DNA of 64,000 nt from Octopus vulgaris. Its lineage: Eukaryota. The notes under the pieces were generated by a model. That model was not told the origin of the DNA and did no database searches. It saw only the letters and a list, made by a program, of their open reading frames with translations. Position numbers and translations under genes: made by a program. This document shows positions 11,400 through 24,516 of this stretch, in pieces. The stretch spans positions 96,286,001 to 96,350,000 of the forward strand of contig OX597814.1 in the NCBI GenBank assembly GCA_951406725.2, written 5' to 3'. Numbering within the stretch: the first letter of the stretch is position 1; each line of letters starts with the position of its first letter.

Positions 11400-12172
11400 C
11401 AGATATATAAATGCAAATAAATTAACCAAATTAGGACACAAGTATCTCATGGTAGACCAAATGAAAACAGCAACAATGCAGATGAAATAGGTAACAGATA
11501 CACAGAACTTAGTGTTCGAGCAGTACATCACAAGGAGGAAGCTTAAAAAAATAGGGAAGAACAGATATGCAAAAAAGAGGAGAAAGTAGACATACCTCAA
11601 GAACACTAGAATAGACATGACAGAATTTGAGGTGAATAATAAAGAGAAGATCATAGAAGCAAAAGAAGATATTATGAGAGAACTCAGTAAGACTGAATTT
11701 GTTGTCATGATCAATAGAGAACCGCTACCAAAGCTCTCAAACAACTTTAAAAATAACATAATCGTGATATATAATATTGCTCTTAGATTTTGAGAAATAA
11801 GGGAAACGACCTAAATAACCTCATCTATTCCATTGCTAAAGTTGTAACTACTCAACTAGCTATCAGGCTATCAGGAAGACACAGGAAAGGACTAACCGTA
11901 TCAATAGACCTTCTAAAGTGGAAAGTAGCAATACAAAAAGCGATCGAATTTCTGCGGGTGGATGTATCAGTTCTCAATGAATTTGCTAGAGGAGTAAATG
12001 TTAAAACGGAACAAGCTAGAAAAATCAATCAAAAATATAAAATCAAAGATTTTATAAACCTCCCTGCAACCAAGGAACAATTGCAACAACGAATACAACT
12101 GAAAGCCCAACGGCTAAGAAGGTATGACAAAAGAATCAAATTTTATTGACAAAACAAGATATTCAAGACGGA
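11400..12172 (+). mobile_element. R4/Dong ORF N-terminal fragment
   Basis: QLKAQRLRRYDKRIKFY; clear nucleotide similarity to 17560-17760. Confidence 0.8.
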
Positions 12173-12413
12173 TTCTTTTATTCTTTTACTCTTTTACTTG
12201 TTTCAGTCATTTGACTGCGGCCATGCTGGAGCACCGCATTTATCTATACAAAGAAATGCATCGTTTGATGTTGATGTTATTACATGAGGTTTTCTATAGA
12301 TTAACCTTTTCCATACTGGTGAGAAATTTTCATTGATTAAAATTTTATCTCATTGTTGTGCATACGCTCAAACAAAAGCTGACATAATTTTAATTACACA
12401 CACACACACCACA

Positions 12414-12498
<85 letters not shown>

Positions 12499-12502
12499 CA
12501 AT

Positions 12503-12933
12503 CAATTTATAAGTAAGGGAAAAAAAAAAATTCTAATATGCCGATAGATGATATGCCGAAAATAGACACAACGTCAATAACCTTGTAATTTATCACTACA
12601 AGCACGCGTTTCGAAGAAAGCCGACAGAAATTTTTTAAAAATCCCGTTATTACCATATCGAACCCTATTTCAGAGTTAGTTCATAAGAACCTTCCCTTCA
12701 TCAGTGATAAATGCGGTAAAGAAATAAGTGAAATACTTACTTATACCCATGGAAGAAGCGAACACTAAGTTATGAGCACAATTAAGTACCCCAAATATAT
12801 CCAGAATAGAAAGTCTCTAGCCCATCTCGAAACGCGTGCTTATAGTGGTAAATTACATGCTTATTGACGTTGTGTCTATTTTCGGCATATTTTGGTATTA
12901 GAAATTTTTTCTTTCGCCCTTACTTATAAATTG
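12503..12933. repeat. inverted repeat (arms about 110 bp) with degenerate hammerhead-like cores; probable PLE-derived inverted pLTR
   Basis: Arms 12503-12614 and 12827-12933 both contain GAAACGCGTG; CTGATGA on - at 12698-12704. Confidence 0.6.
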
Positions 12934-13015
12934 TTTATAAATTTAACCTTTAAAGGTATTTTTTAATATGCTTGCCATTGATAGAATTTTATTCGAAAAA
13001 TTTTATCCTACATTA

Positions 13016-13047
<32 letters not shown>

Positions 13048-13089
13048 CTACTTAGAGAAAGGCTTAATGAGGTTTTCGGTTTTTCCTTT

Positions 13090-15350
13090 TTTGCAAATGC
13101 TTTGCCTGCTGCCTTGTGAGAAAAGCTTTGTATAATATGTGTGAAATAAAAATTTGAACCGATGCCTGATTCATTGCTGAGTTGTGCGCAAGACACTAGA
13201 TGATCTAATATATATATTCTGAGAGTTCTTTATCAATTTGAGCTAACAGAATAAATGCTTTTGCTGACGCTGTTGCAGCAAGCACCGCGAGAAAAATACG
13301 AAATAATACACAAAGCTGTAGTAATATATATTTTGTTGATTAAATTCTACGAACTTGCCGCGAGGTATCGTAGCTTTCATGCCGACTGATTTAATAGAAA
13401 ATGTTTTGCCATTTACTTCAGCATTGAAAAATTTTGCAAATGATACACGCTTTGCGGTCGAACGATTTTCCAATATAGACAGTTATTGTCATAAGAATGA
13501 AAAAAAGAAATTTCGTAAGTCCAGACTACCAATGACAGAACTGATATTCACATAATAAAAAGCAGGTGTCTGAAATAATACTTCTACGTTTGTCAAAATC
13601 CTTTCCCTGACTTAAACCGCTAGACTGGCTATAATGAAAACTATTGCTTTTCCCTTTCCCTTATTTGCTCGTAGTTAATTTCAGTTTGCAGATTTTTAGC
13701 GACATCGTTTGATTCTGACAGAGTATCATATTGATCTCACAGTTTGTGTAGATTTCCTATGAAGATTTTAGTGTTGCTCACTTGAATATCAACAGTGTCA
13801 TATTGCGTATGTTAATGGAAGAATGTTGAGCCAGATGGTTGACACGAGTGTGTACAGGATAGTATCTCCTGTTTCTTCATTTCTGGTCTTTAGCGTCAGA
13901 TTCAGTTTCAGAACATCAGCAGAACCAATTTGATATCAATGAAATTTAACGCCACACTATCGATTCTCGTTGACGCTGAGTAGTTGACAGAATGAATGAC
14001 AGTCTGTGTGTATGTGACAAAAAAAAAAAAAATTGATATTTTCTTTTCTCCAATGGGAAAAGAACTTATAGATGCTTTCAATAGTTCTGTAATAGGTAAA
14101 CATTTCATTACGGCTCTGTGTTGAATCTGCGTTTTCAAATAGCGAGAGGATTTTTATTGAGGAATATTCTTTGTATTCCATATTCTTGGTTGTTTTATTA
14201 GCACCATTGTTATATCCTTATCTCAGCAAACTTTTAAGAGAATGATATGTTACTCCTTTATCAGATTTGCACTCACAGAACCTGTTTTCTCACAGCAATC
14301 TTCAAAGATAAAATTTCAAATGTTACACCTACATTCTATATCTTGAAGTCAACGGATGAAAAACGTCTGTTCGATATGCGCAGATCAGTTGTTGCATCAA
14401 CATTTATTGGATCGTATTTTATCTTTGATCCTCCAGAGGGTTTTCGCTTCAAAACTATCAAAGTAAAAAGAAATATATTCCTTTTGTGATTCAGCTGACA
14501 AATAATGTACTTGCAACTTTTCACCTTTTTGTTTTTGGCTTATTTTGATCTTCAGGACATTGGCTTCAAGTACAGTTTCCCAAGAGTAAAAAAGCTTTGT
14601 AAGCTCAAAGGAAGCGATGACTGAACGAATCACGGAATGCTAACCCTTTACACCTCCAAAATAAACATGTGTCAATCAGACAATGTAACTTTCTCTGCTA
14701 TAATTTGCTTATACAGAAAATGTTCTATGCTTCTGTTTGAATGAATTCTTCGAGTTCTCTTAATTCGACTTAGATCAACTTATGTGGACTAATTCACGTA
14801 AGTTTTCTCGATTTTCTGTGATAGACTATCAATTCTCTCTTGTCAAGCATGATACCTTTAACTTCACCTTTTTCAAAAGAATCATCATGATATAAATAAA
14901 ATATAGCTTGTTTCTCGAGGCTTCACACTAACCAAACCTTCTCAGGCATTTCCCTGTTATGATACCTTTTCGTGTTTAAAGAAGCGAACTAAACAGAACA
15001 GCTGCTCTCTATCGCTTGAATATGTTGTAGATGTAAAAAAATACAGCATTTCCGCACACGTTTTTCAATGTTTTCTATACTTCTTTATATGTAATTTTCA
15101 ATATCAAATCCCACCTGTTTGTCATTGTTGCGTTGATTTTCACAGTTGACTTTAGGTGTGATTTATTTGGCACTGAAGATATTTCGCGATCAACAATTTC
15201 CCTTTGAGTTTTAGATGAAGTTGTGTTGTCTTCAGCTTGTTCTTGCGCAGATGGTTCAGATTTTGCTGATAAATATCTAATTAATTTCTTAGCTTAGTAG
15301 CACACATATCCGTAATGACCACTTCGTGTTTTCAATAATCTTTTGTTTTC
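13090..15350 (-). pseudogene. decayed hAT transposase (ZMYM1/P52rIPK-like)
   Basis: Scattered minus-strand motifs VHYLSAESQKEYI, VDATTD..HIEQ, GYNNGAN, LNKNPLA, LKLIKN..RSS..LSN, IIQSFSHK (dimerisation region); many stops and frameshifts; ends approximate. Confidence 0.72.
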
Positions 15351-15488
15351 ATTAACATCACTATTGTGTTCTAATATTCTGTTAGTAAAATTTCACTGAT
15401 ACTTATAAACATATGTAGAAAATTAAAAGAATGTTCGTAAAAATAACAACCATGATAAATTATATATTATTTTACCTTATATTTCCCA

Positions 15489-15883
15489 CTAGCAGTATCG
15501 CCCGGCGTTGCTCGGGTTTGTAAGGGAAATAACTATATAAGCATTTTTAGAGAGTTATATAAAAAAAATAGCAAAAATATGCATTAAAAATGGAATAAAA
15601 AATGATGGTAATTTTTTTTAATCGTTGACTCATCGTAGACATTTTTAGAGAGTTACTTCCCTTATATAATAGCGAAAAAATGCATTAAAATGGAAAAAAT
15701 GATGGTAAATTTAAAAAAAAATCGTAGACGCATCGTAGACGCGCGCTAATACCCAGAAGGGCTCGATATGAATCACGACTATAATATACCCGGTTTTGGT
15801 TAAACTGCACCGCAAAATGTGGGAGTAGTTAGGAATCTAAATCGTAGGAGACAGACACATAACTTCACTTTTATATATAAAGA
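15489..15883 (-). mobile_element. non-autonomous Helitron
   Basis: 5' TC at 15883, 3' hairpin + CTAG at 15489, inserted between A and T. Confidence 0.85.
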
Positions 15884-16396
15884 TTTGTGAAACAACTAAA
15901 ACATTCGGTTGTGCAAATTGCTTGCACAGGAAACCTGCCCTGTGTGACGGTTTTTGCCGTTTTTGTGGATCTGTTTCAGCTTTTTTAGCGATTTCTGTTT
16001 TGGCGACTTCAAGCCATGAAGTCGTTGTTCTAAAAGAACGCTGGTCTCCTTGACAACGCTTTACGACGTTGATTTCCTTACACTCCCTTCCCCACAGCTT
16101 CACGAGGGAGGGAAGAAGGGGAGAAGCAACACAGGTGCAGGTGTGAGCATGGACGCCAACTCCGCCGCCATCGACACACGAAAAAATATGCGTTAAAATG
16201 GAAAAAAATTATGGTAAATTATTTTTAAAATCGTAGACTTATCGTAGACGCGCGCTAATACCCAGACGGGCTCGATATGAATCACGACTATAAGATACCC
16301 GAATTTGGTTAAACTGCACCGCAAAATGTGGGAGTAGTTAGGAATCTAAATCGTAGGAGACAGACACTCACACAACTTCACTTTTATATATATAGA
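15884..16396 (-). mobile_element. second Helitron 5' half abutting the first copy
   Basis: 16180-16396 duplicates 15675-15883 including the 5' TC; no CTAG end of its own. Confidence 0.7.
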
Positions 16397-17329
16397 TATA
16401 GCACCCCCCCCCCAAGAAAAAACCCCAGAAAACACCACCTCTTCTGATCTGATTGGTAGAATAATGTGCGATTATGATAATACAAACAACAACGATAACA
16501 ATCGTAATAACAATTCCACCACCACCACCACCACCACCACCACCACCACCACCACCAACAACAACCACAACAAAAGGTACCGGTTAAATACAACATGGAC
16601 GTCACTAAAACTCTCCAAAAACAAACATCCAATGACATAGGTGCAATGGAAGAAAACTCCGCTATACAACTGTAGGAAAAGTTCTGTTAAAGCAAAGGAA
16701 CTAAAAAATTGAAAAGTTTTTTGTTAAATACAGTGTAGTTTCTTTCTTAAATACGCAAGACGTCGAAACACACCAAGTACGTAAATGGAATAATTACCTA
16801 TACATGTAACTGTCCATGCATCCATGTGCACATGCTAATATTTACAAACAACATAAATAATGCTTACACGACACACACATACACATATAAAAAATAAAAG
16901 AGACGCCGAACCGAACAAAACCAAAGTGACTTCCCACAAACGAATATAAAAAGGAGTAAATTAGTCACTCAGTTTAAAACATCGCTAAACAGTTATGCCC
17001 GGAAACATAGCTACCAACAAAATAGAGGCGATTTTCGATCTATCAGCCTATGATATGACAAATATATCCATTCGAAGAACAAAGAAGTGGTGTCATGTCA
17101 AAAAGTCAACCCTGAACAAACAGCCCCGTCTCCTATTGTCATCGTCAATGCTTTAATGACAAGCCAAAACTCATGCCAGATCGGTCATCGCCCGGGACAA
17201 GGACCGCATTACCCGGTGGGAAACCAGACTGAGCTCGAAAAGTCTGCTGCTGGAACAAACTCTCAAAAAAAAAAAAAAGAAAAAAAAAAACCAACTACCA
17301 GGTAATCAGAAGCAGGATAACCCTATCCA

Positions 17330-20300
17330 TAGACCTGGAGTGGCACTACCAAAAAAACCCAAAAATCTCCTAAAGCAAAACGCATAAAAATGACTAGAGA
17401 GGATTATAGAGATGTGTTGAAAGCTTTCTATACAGCCCAACTAAACCCAAACAATAATCTCATTGTACAAACATACGCAGGTATATAAATGCGAATGAAT
17501 TAAGTAATGTACGTAGAGACATCATTAAGTATAAAAGGTTAACTGAAGCTGAAATTAACTAAATTAGGACACAAATTTCTCATAGTAGACCAAATGAAAA
17601 CAGCAATAATGCAGATGAAATAAGTAAATATATAAAATCAAAAAATATAAACCTCCCTGCAACCAAGGGAATAGAGAAACAATGAATACAACTGAAAGCT
17701 CAACGGCTCAGAAGGTATGACAAAAGAATCAAATTTTATCGACAAAACAAGTTATTCAAGATCGACGCAAAGAAATTTTATAGGGAAATTGGCAAAAGCA
17801 AGATAGAAGTAAAGGAGCCACCTACGACTGAGGTAATTGAAGAGTTCTGAAAAAAGATATAGAGCAACAAAAAAGAACATAATGCTAAAGCTGACTAGAT
17901 AGAGCGTGAGAAAGTGAGACTGGATGAAGTTGAAGAGCAGAAATGGGAGGCAATAGAAATAGAAGAGCTAAGATGTATTCTTAGGAAGTTTCACAAATGG
18001 AAAACCCCAGGACTGGACCAGATCCCTAAATTCTGGTTGAATTGTTTGATAGAAGTGCACCAAAATTTCGCTGCATCTCTAACTGATGTCATCCAGAACA
18101 CGGAGCAAATACCTGCCTGGCTGACCGAAAGAACAATATACCTTCTACCAAAAAATGAAGACACGAAAAATCCAAAGAACTACCCACCAATAACATGTCT
18201 CAATACCGCCTACAAGATCCTCACATCAAGACTAACTGACAGAATATACGCTTTCCTTGAACGGAACGCTCTCTTTACTTAAACTCAAAAAGGTTGTAAA
18301 AAGAATTATTATGGATGCTAAGATCAATTACTCATATATAAAATGACCGTAGAGAATTGTCGGAGCGAAAAGAAGAACCTGAGTATGGAATGGATAGACT
18401 ACAAGAAAGCTTTTGATAGTGTCCCACATAATTGGTTACTCAAGGCCCCATGAGATATATAAGATCTCTCCCGTCGTCTCTAAATTCATTCAAGGTAGCA
18501 TGGTAAAGTGGAATATACGTCTCCCTCTACACCATTGTAATGGAATGAGCCAATCTAACAACATCAAACGAGACATCTTTCAAGGTGACTCCCTCTCCCC
18601 ATTACTCTCTTGCGTGGCGCTGATCCCACTTTCAAACGAACTGAGTAACACAAGGAATGGGTTCAAAGTTTATAATATTAAAGTAAACCATCTGTTTAAT
18701 ATGGACGATCTGAAGCTAGAAACGACGAAGAGGTAATAGGGCTGTTAACACCTGTTACATATTTCAGCACAACACCAGGATGGATTTTGGCCTTGATAAG
18801 TGTGCTAAAGCAACCTTTGTAAGAGGCAAGGTCAAACAAACAGCGTCCATTATTATATACTGACATTACAATCAAGGAGCTTGACCCACAAGAAAATTAC
18901 AACTACCTGGGGATAAACTAAGGAGATAGTATACAACATGCTACAACGAAGGAAAAATAAGAAAGGGTTTTACAGGAGAGTAAGACTCATACTAAAAACT
19001 GAGCCCAACTCGGAAAATCGCATCGAAGCCATTAACACCCTGGCATGTCTAGTAGTCCAATATAGTTTTAACATCATTAACAGGAATCTTACAGAGCTCC
19101 AACGCTTGGACATGAAAGTGAGAAAACTGCTGACACCTAAGAACATGCAGCACCCAAAAGCAGGCGTTGATCGTCTGTACTACCTATAGGTAATGAGAGA
19201 AGAGGAATAATGCAGGTAGAACTGTGGTATGAGATCTCCACAATAGCAATGAACAAGTACTTATCTAGTACAGGAAACTACGCCGCAGCTTGTGTGTGAA
19301 CAAGAAAGCAGCAAAAAAATCACATTCTATTGTTAAGGAAGCTTGCAAATTTGCAAGGGAACCCAGCAATAACCCTGAATTAGATGAAGAACCTGAAACC
19401 ACTGCCACCGAACAAACAAAACCAAACAGACTACAAAAAAGAACGGGCAGAAAGAAACTGAGGAGTGTTGGAGCCAGAAGTCTCAGGTATGGACAGTATA
19501 TACCTCGAAGCCGAAATGCTGATGTAGACCAAACAACAACCCATTAGTGAGTGGTTGAGAAGCTCAGGACTGAAAGTTTCTTATTAGCGGTACAAAATCA
19601 AAGCTTGATTGCCAAAACATACAAGGATAATATTCTTAGAAACGATTCTAACCCGTTCTCATCTCAAGTGCAGATTCTGTGATACATTTGATGAAACAAT
19701 AGGCCATCTCATCTCGGGATGTCCTGTGCTGATGCCAAACGAATACAAAAATAGCCACGATAGAGTAGAACAGTATTGACATTGGAAAATATGTAAGCAC
19801 TACAAAATTGGCAAGGCAAAAGTGTCACTATCCTCTGGGATTTTCCAGTCAACACCGACAGACCAATCCAGCCATATCGACCAGACATAGTCATTAAAGA
19901 CTGGTAAGAAAATACTTGTAGAGTAATATTTGTAAATTTTCCCACCGGTAAAAATATATCTGTCAAGGCATTTGACAAATTAAGTAAATATAAGGACCTG
20001 GAAATTGAAATACAAAAGATGTGGCATCTTAAAGCAAGAACTGTTACTGTTATTGTGGGTGCTCTAGGTATGATAAGAAATGGATGTCAAAAACAATCTA
20101 GATAATATCCCAGAATACCCATGTCTCAGAGAAATCCAAAAGATTGTGCTGACAAGTACTTCTCACATCTTTAGAAAAACCCTATCAATTTAAATGTCTG
20201 TGTTATATTAAATGAAGATATTTCGCTACGCCCCTGCCAACTCCCCTCCCCAAGCTTTCAGTCATACATCTCTTATCCTTCATTCGCCCCAGGACGCTGG

Positions 20301-20345
20301 ATGTGTCTCGGTAATTGATTGGAACAAACATGCTGATCAGGAGTA
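17330..20345 (+). mobile_element. R4/Dong-clade LINE, long decayed copy (RT + zinc knuckle + REL endonuclease)
   Basis: KWKTPGLDQI, PKNYPPITCL, WIDYKKAFDSV, IFQGDSLSPLL, NMDDLKL, FGLDKC, RPDIVIKD, KYKDLEIE; (GTAA)n/(TAA)n tail; 5' boundary uncertain. Confidence 0.92.
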
Positions 20346-20362
20346 AGTAAATAAGTAAGTAA

Positions 20363-20420
<58 letters not shown>

Positions 20421-20440
20421 TAATAATAATAATAATAATA

Positions 20441-20526
<86 letters not shown>

Positions 20527-20529
20527 GTA

Positions 20530-20587
<58 letters not shown>

Positions 20588-20597
20588 TAATAATAAT

Positions 20598-21004
20598 AAA
20601 GCTAACAGGTCAGATATAGTTATCAGAGATCACCAAAAGAATAAAAATGTTTTCTAATCGATATATGACAACGTTTCTCTTAAAGTAACGGAGAAACTTT
20701 CAAAAGACAAAGATCTGGAAATAGAGATAACTCGGATGTGGAGTCTAAAAATAGAAACAATTCCTATCATAGTAATAGCATTATGTATGATAAAATAAAT
20801 ATTCAGACAAATACATAACAAAAACACCAGGACTAACAAGTATATATACCATACACAAATAGCACTTCTAGGCACCGCACACATCCTACGTAAAACACTT
20901 TCAATACAGTAAAAATAAGAGCATTACAACAAACCACAGCACATACCCAAGGCATACAGTTGCACTCGGTAGTGCAGTGAAAGCACATGATAAAAATAAG
21001 ATTA

Positions 21005-21008
<4 letters not shown>
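20598..21008 (+). mobile_element. R4/Dong 5'-truncated 3' fragment inside (TAA)n
   Basis: KDLEIEITRMWSLK..TAHILRKTLS; TAA arrays on both sides. Confidence 0.85.
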
Positions 21009-21090
<82 letters not shown>

Positions 21091-21119
21091 TAATAATAAT
21101 AATAATAATGATGATGATG

Positions 21120-21189
<70 letters not shown>

Positions 21190-22293
21190 CTTAAAAATCA
21201 TCATTGCTTTGAACTGCAAGCGTTCTTCACAGAGTTCTTGAAGCATGATCAGTAAAAAAATGTTACCTTAGTCTGTTGTCTGTGGGCAGTTGACATTTTC
21301 CATCATACCTAGCAAAATAAAGCTGAGATTTTTCACAAAAAAAAAATAATAATGATAAAAATAATAATATTATTAATAACGATAATACTAATAATACAGC
21401 ATGTGGTTTGAGAATATACATTTGAAATTTGGGAAAATGCAGGCATGGATATCTGAAATTTTAATTTATAAAATCGATGAGGCAAATTTTACATAAAATG
21501 TGTTTGTGAGTATACACACATATTTTCGGTTTTACAAAATCAATTGGGTAATGTGTTGTAGAAAGCATTCGTATTTGGTTGCTTCACAAAATCAGTTACA
21601 TAATGTGTTGTAAGGAAAGTATTATTAAAATTAGTTTGGAAAGAAAAAGAGATAAGGTAATTTTATGATTGTTTCGACTGGAACGTGCTTCGTTTTAAAA
21701 CAAGTGGAATGAAAGTAGTTCAATGCAAAAAATAATTTGAAATAAATTATTTTTTTTATTGGATGTTTTAATTTAGCGCCACACCTGAACTAATGGACCA
21801 TAGCGCAGAAGTAAATAAAAGTTAACATACATCTTTTCAATCAAGTAGACATCCCTTAAATGTTCTTAATTCAACTTAACGTGCCTCTTGACTTGAGAAA
21901 GCGGAGAGTTTAATCTTTCCTGTGCTGTTGTTTGGTCGTGACTGTGTTAAAATCGGCTGGGATAGTCTGTTGCTAGATTTGTCTGGTGTTGATTGAAGTG
22001 AGCCAAAAGCCAGTCGTGTATTTTGTTTACAGTAGAAAACAATAACAACAACAACAACGACAACAACAAACCATTAACTAATTGTTTAAAGGGCAGTCAT
22101 GGTAAGAACGAACAGCAAACTAGTGAGCGAAAGACAGTCATACGTACATATCTACATACACACAAATTCACCCCGCCACACACCATATACATGTATTTAA
22201 TCATTAATCTAAGTATATACACATATAAAAAGCTCTACATGTTCAAATACGAACCATTCGCATATAAACACAGTTCAGTTCTATCTGTACATA

Positions 22294-23833
22294 CAGCTTT
22301 GTCCAAAAGTATTAAGCCACCTCAATGTTTTGGAGTTCTGCTATGTCAATGTTAATGAAACTCGTGCACATGATAGATTATGGTATATTTCACAATATAC
22401 ATTATTAGTTTTAATATCTGGTTGAACCTCCTTTAGCATCAATTACCACTTTTATACTGTACTGTACATATGTAACCAATTATGAGTAAGACCAACGTCC
22501 AAAATTAACTTATGTTTCCTTGATTATTTCAAAGTTTTATGCTAAAATACGTTGTAGATACAGTTAATAAACAGTAAAATGCCTAAAACAAGGGAGTTGA
22601 GTGAGTGTGAGCGAGGTCAAATCGTAGCTCATCATGAAAGATGGAATGTTTCAAAGGCAAATTGCTCAGAAGATGAAATGTTCTCGATGTGCGGTGCAAA
22701 CGATTCTCAAGCGCTTCAGAGAGACAAAGGATGTGAAGATTATACAAAGAACAGGTAGAAAAAAGGTTACGTCACCTCATAATGACAGATCCATCATCCA
22801 TCAGCCACCCAGAAACAGAAGAAAAACATCGTCGGAGGTCTGTGCAGACTTCAGCGAAGCAAGTACTCCACAAATATCAACCAGAACTGTTAGAAGAAGG
22901 CTTGTAGAGTACGGTCTGAAAGGCTGTAAAGCCAGGAAGAAGCCATGGGTTTCTGAAGCGAATATGGAAAAACGTCTTCAGTGGGCCAAAAATCACTCAA
23001 ATTGGACCAGTGATCAATAGTCGAAAGTCATATGGTCAGATGAAAGTAACTATGAGGTAAGATAGTACATGTATTCAATCAACATATAAACTTAAAGGTT
23101 TGTTGCCTAAATTATATACAAAAAAGTATCGAACATAAAGCTAATATTACTTTTCATATATTTACCCAGGTTTTCAGTACATCTGGTGCAACTTTCGTGC
23201 GACGCAGAGTTGGGGAAGCATTTAAGGCTGAATGTCTGGTACCAACCGTAAAACATAGGGGTGGTTCTATCATGGTGTGGGCTTTCATGTCTGCCACAGG
23301 ACCCGGAAAAATGTTTTTAAGTCAGGGAAGGATGAATTTAGCTACCTATGTTTTCTATGCTATCGGCTGTTTTAGAGCCATCAATTGCTAAATTGCATCC
23401 AGGAGTGTCAAAAAACTGTTATCTTTCAACAGGACAACGCTCCATGTCATACAGCAAAAAATACTCGTAAATGGTTTGAGACACAGGGCATTGTTCCCAT
23501 TGACTGGCCAGCTCAAAGTCCCGATCTAAATCCGATCGAACACTTATGGGGAACTCTTGGTGAAGCTATCAGGAAAACAACAATTAGAAATAAAGAGCAT
23601 TTGTACCAAGTGTTGAGAGGAGAATGGAGTAAAATTGCGCCCGGCACCTGCAAGAAACTAGTTGATTTAATGCTTAACCGAATAAAAGCGGTAACTGATG
23701 CTAAAGAAGAGTCAACTAGATATTAAAACTAATGTATGTTGTGAAATATACCATAATCTACCATGTGCACGAGTTTCATTGACACTGAGATAGCAGAACC
23801 TCAAAACATTGAGGTAGCTTTTGGCCAAGGCTA
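22294..23833 (+). mobile_element. Tc1 DNA transposon
   Basis: About 160-bp TIRs (22294-22455 and 23682-23833) starting CAG; TA TSD at 22292-22293 and 23834-23835. Confidence 0.93.
22579..23726 (+). pseudogene. Tc1 DD34E transposase, two exons (22579-23056, 23170-23726), disrupted
   Basis: MPKTRELS..HTH, WSDESNYE|VFSTSG, FQQDNAPCH..SPDLNPIEHLW with 34 residues between D and E; GT-AG intron 23057-23169; premature TAG at 23018 and frameshifts. Confidence 0.9.
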
Positions 23834-24056
23834 TAAACAACATTAAAAAAACAAAACAAAATAAAACAAAACAAAAAAACATACGCACCCAGCCCGAAAA
23901 AAATTCCAGCTGTAAATTCTGAGATAGTTGCCAGTTTAGATTTAAGTAGAATTAAGAGATTTAGTGGTAGATTTAGGTATTAGGACGTGATGTTCATATA
24001 TCAGACATATTCATATATCAGTCTAGTTCATAAGATAACATATTAATAATAATAAT

Positions 24057-24336
24057 GGTTTCAAATTTTGTCACGAGGGCAGCAATTTTGGGGGAGGGGA
24101 CTAGTCGATTACATCACAGAGAGAGGACAAACAAAGACAGACAAACGGATTAAGTGATTACATCGACCCCCAGTGCATAACTGGTACTTATTTAATCGAC
24201 GCCGAAAGGATGAAAGGCAAAGTCGACATCGGCGGAATTTGAACTCAGAACGTCAAGACGGACGAAATGCCGGCCAGCATTTTGCCAGGTGCGCTAACGA
24301 TTCTGCCAGCTCGCCGCCTTCGTCTTAATAATAATG

Positions 24337-24369
<33 letters not shown>

Positions 24370-24477
24370 TATACTATGTATACTATGTATACTATGTATA
24401 CTATGAGTTTCTTTGCCCTAGGAGTCGGGAAGACACTCGGCAAGAAATGGAAGCAAATTTGAAAGAAGAAAAAGAAA

Positions 24478-24516
<39 letters not shown>

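Noticed and set aside
20833-21246. Poly-Leu/poly-Asn ORFs, and similar YI, ER, CMYV and LS repeat ORFs elsewhere
   Set aside because: Translations of microsatellites
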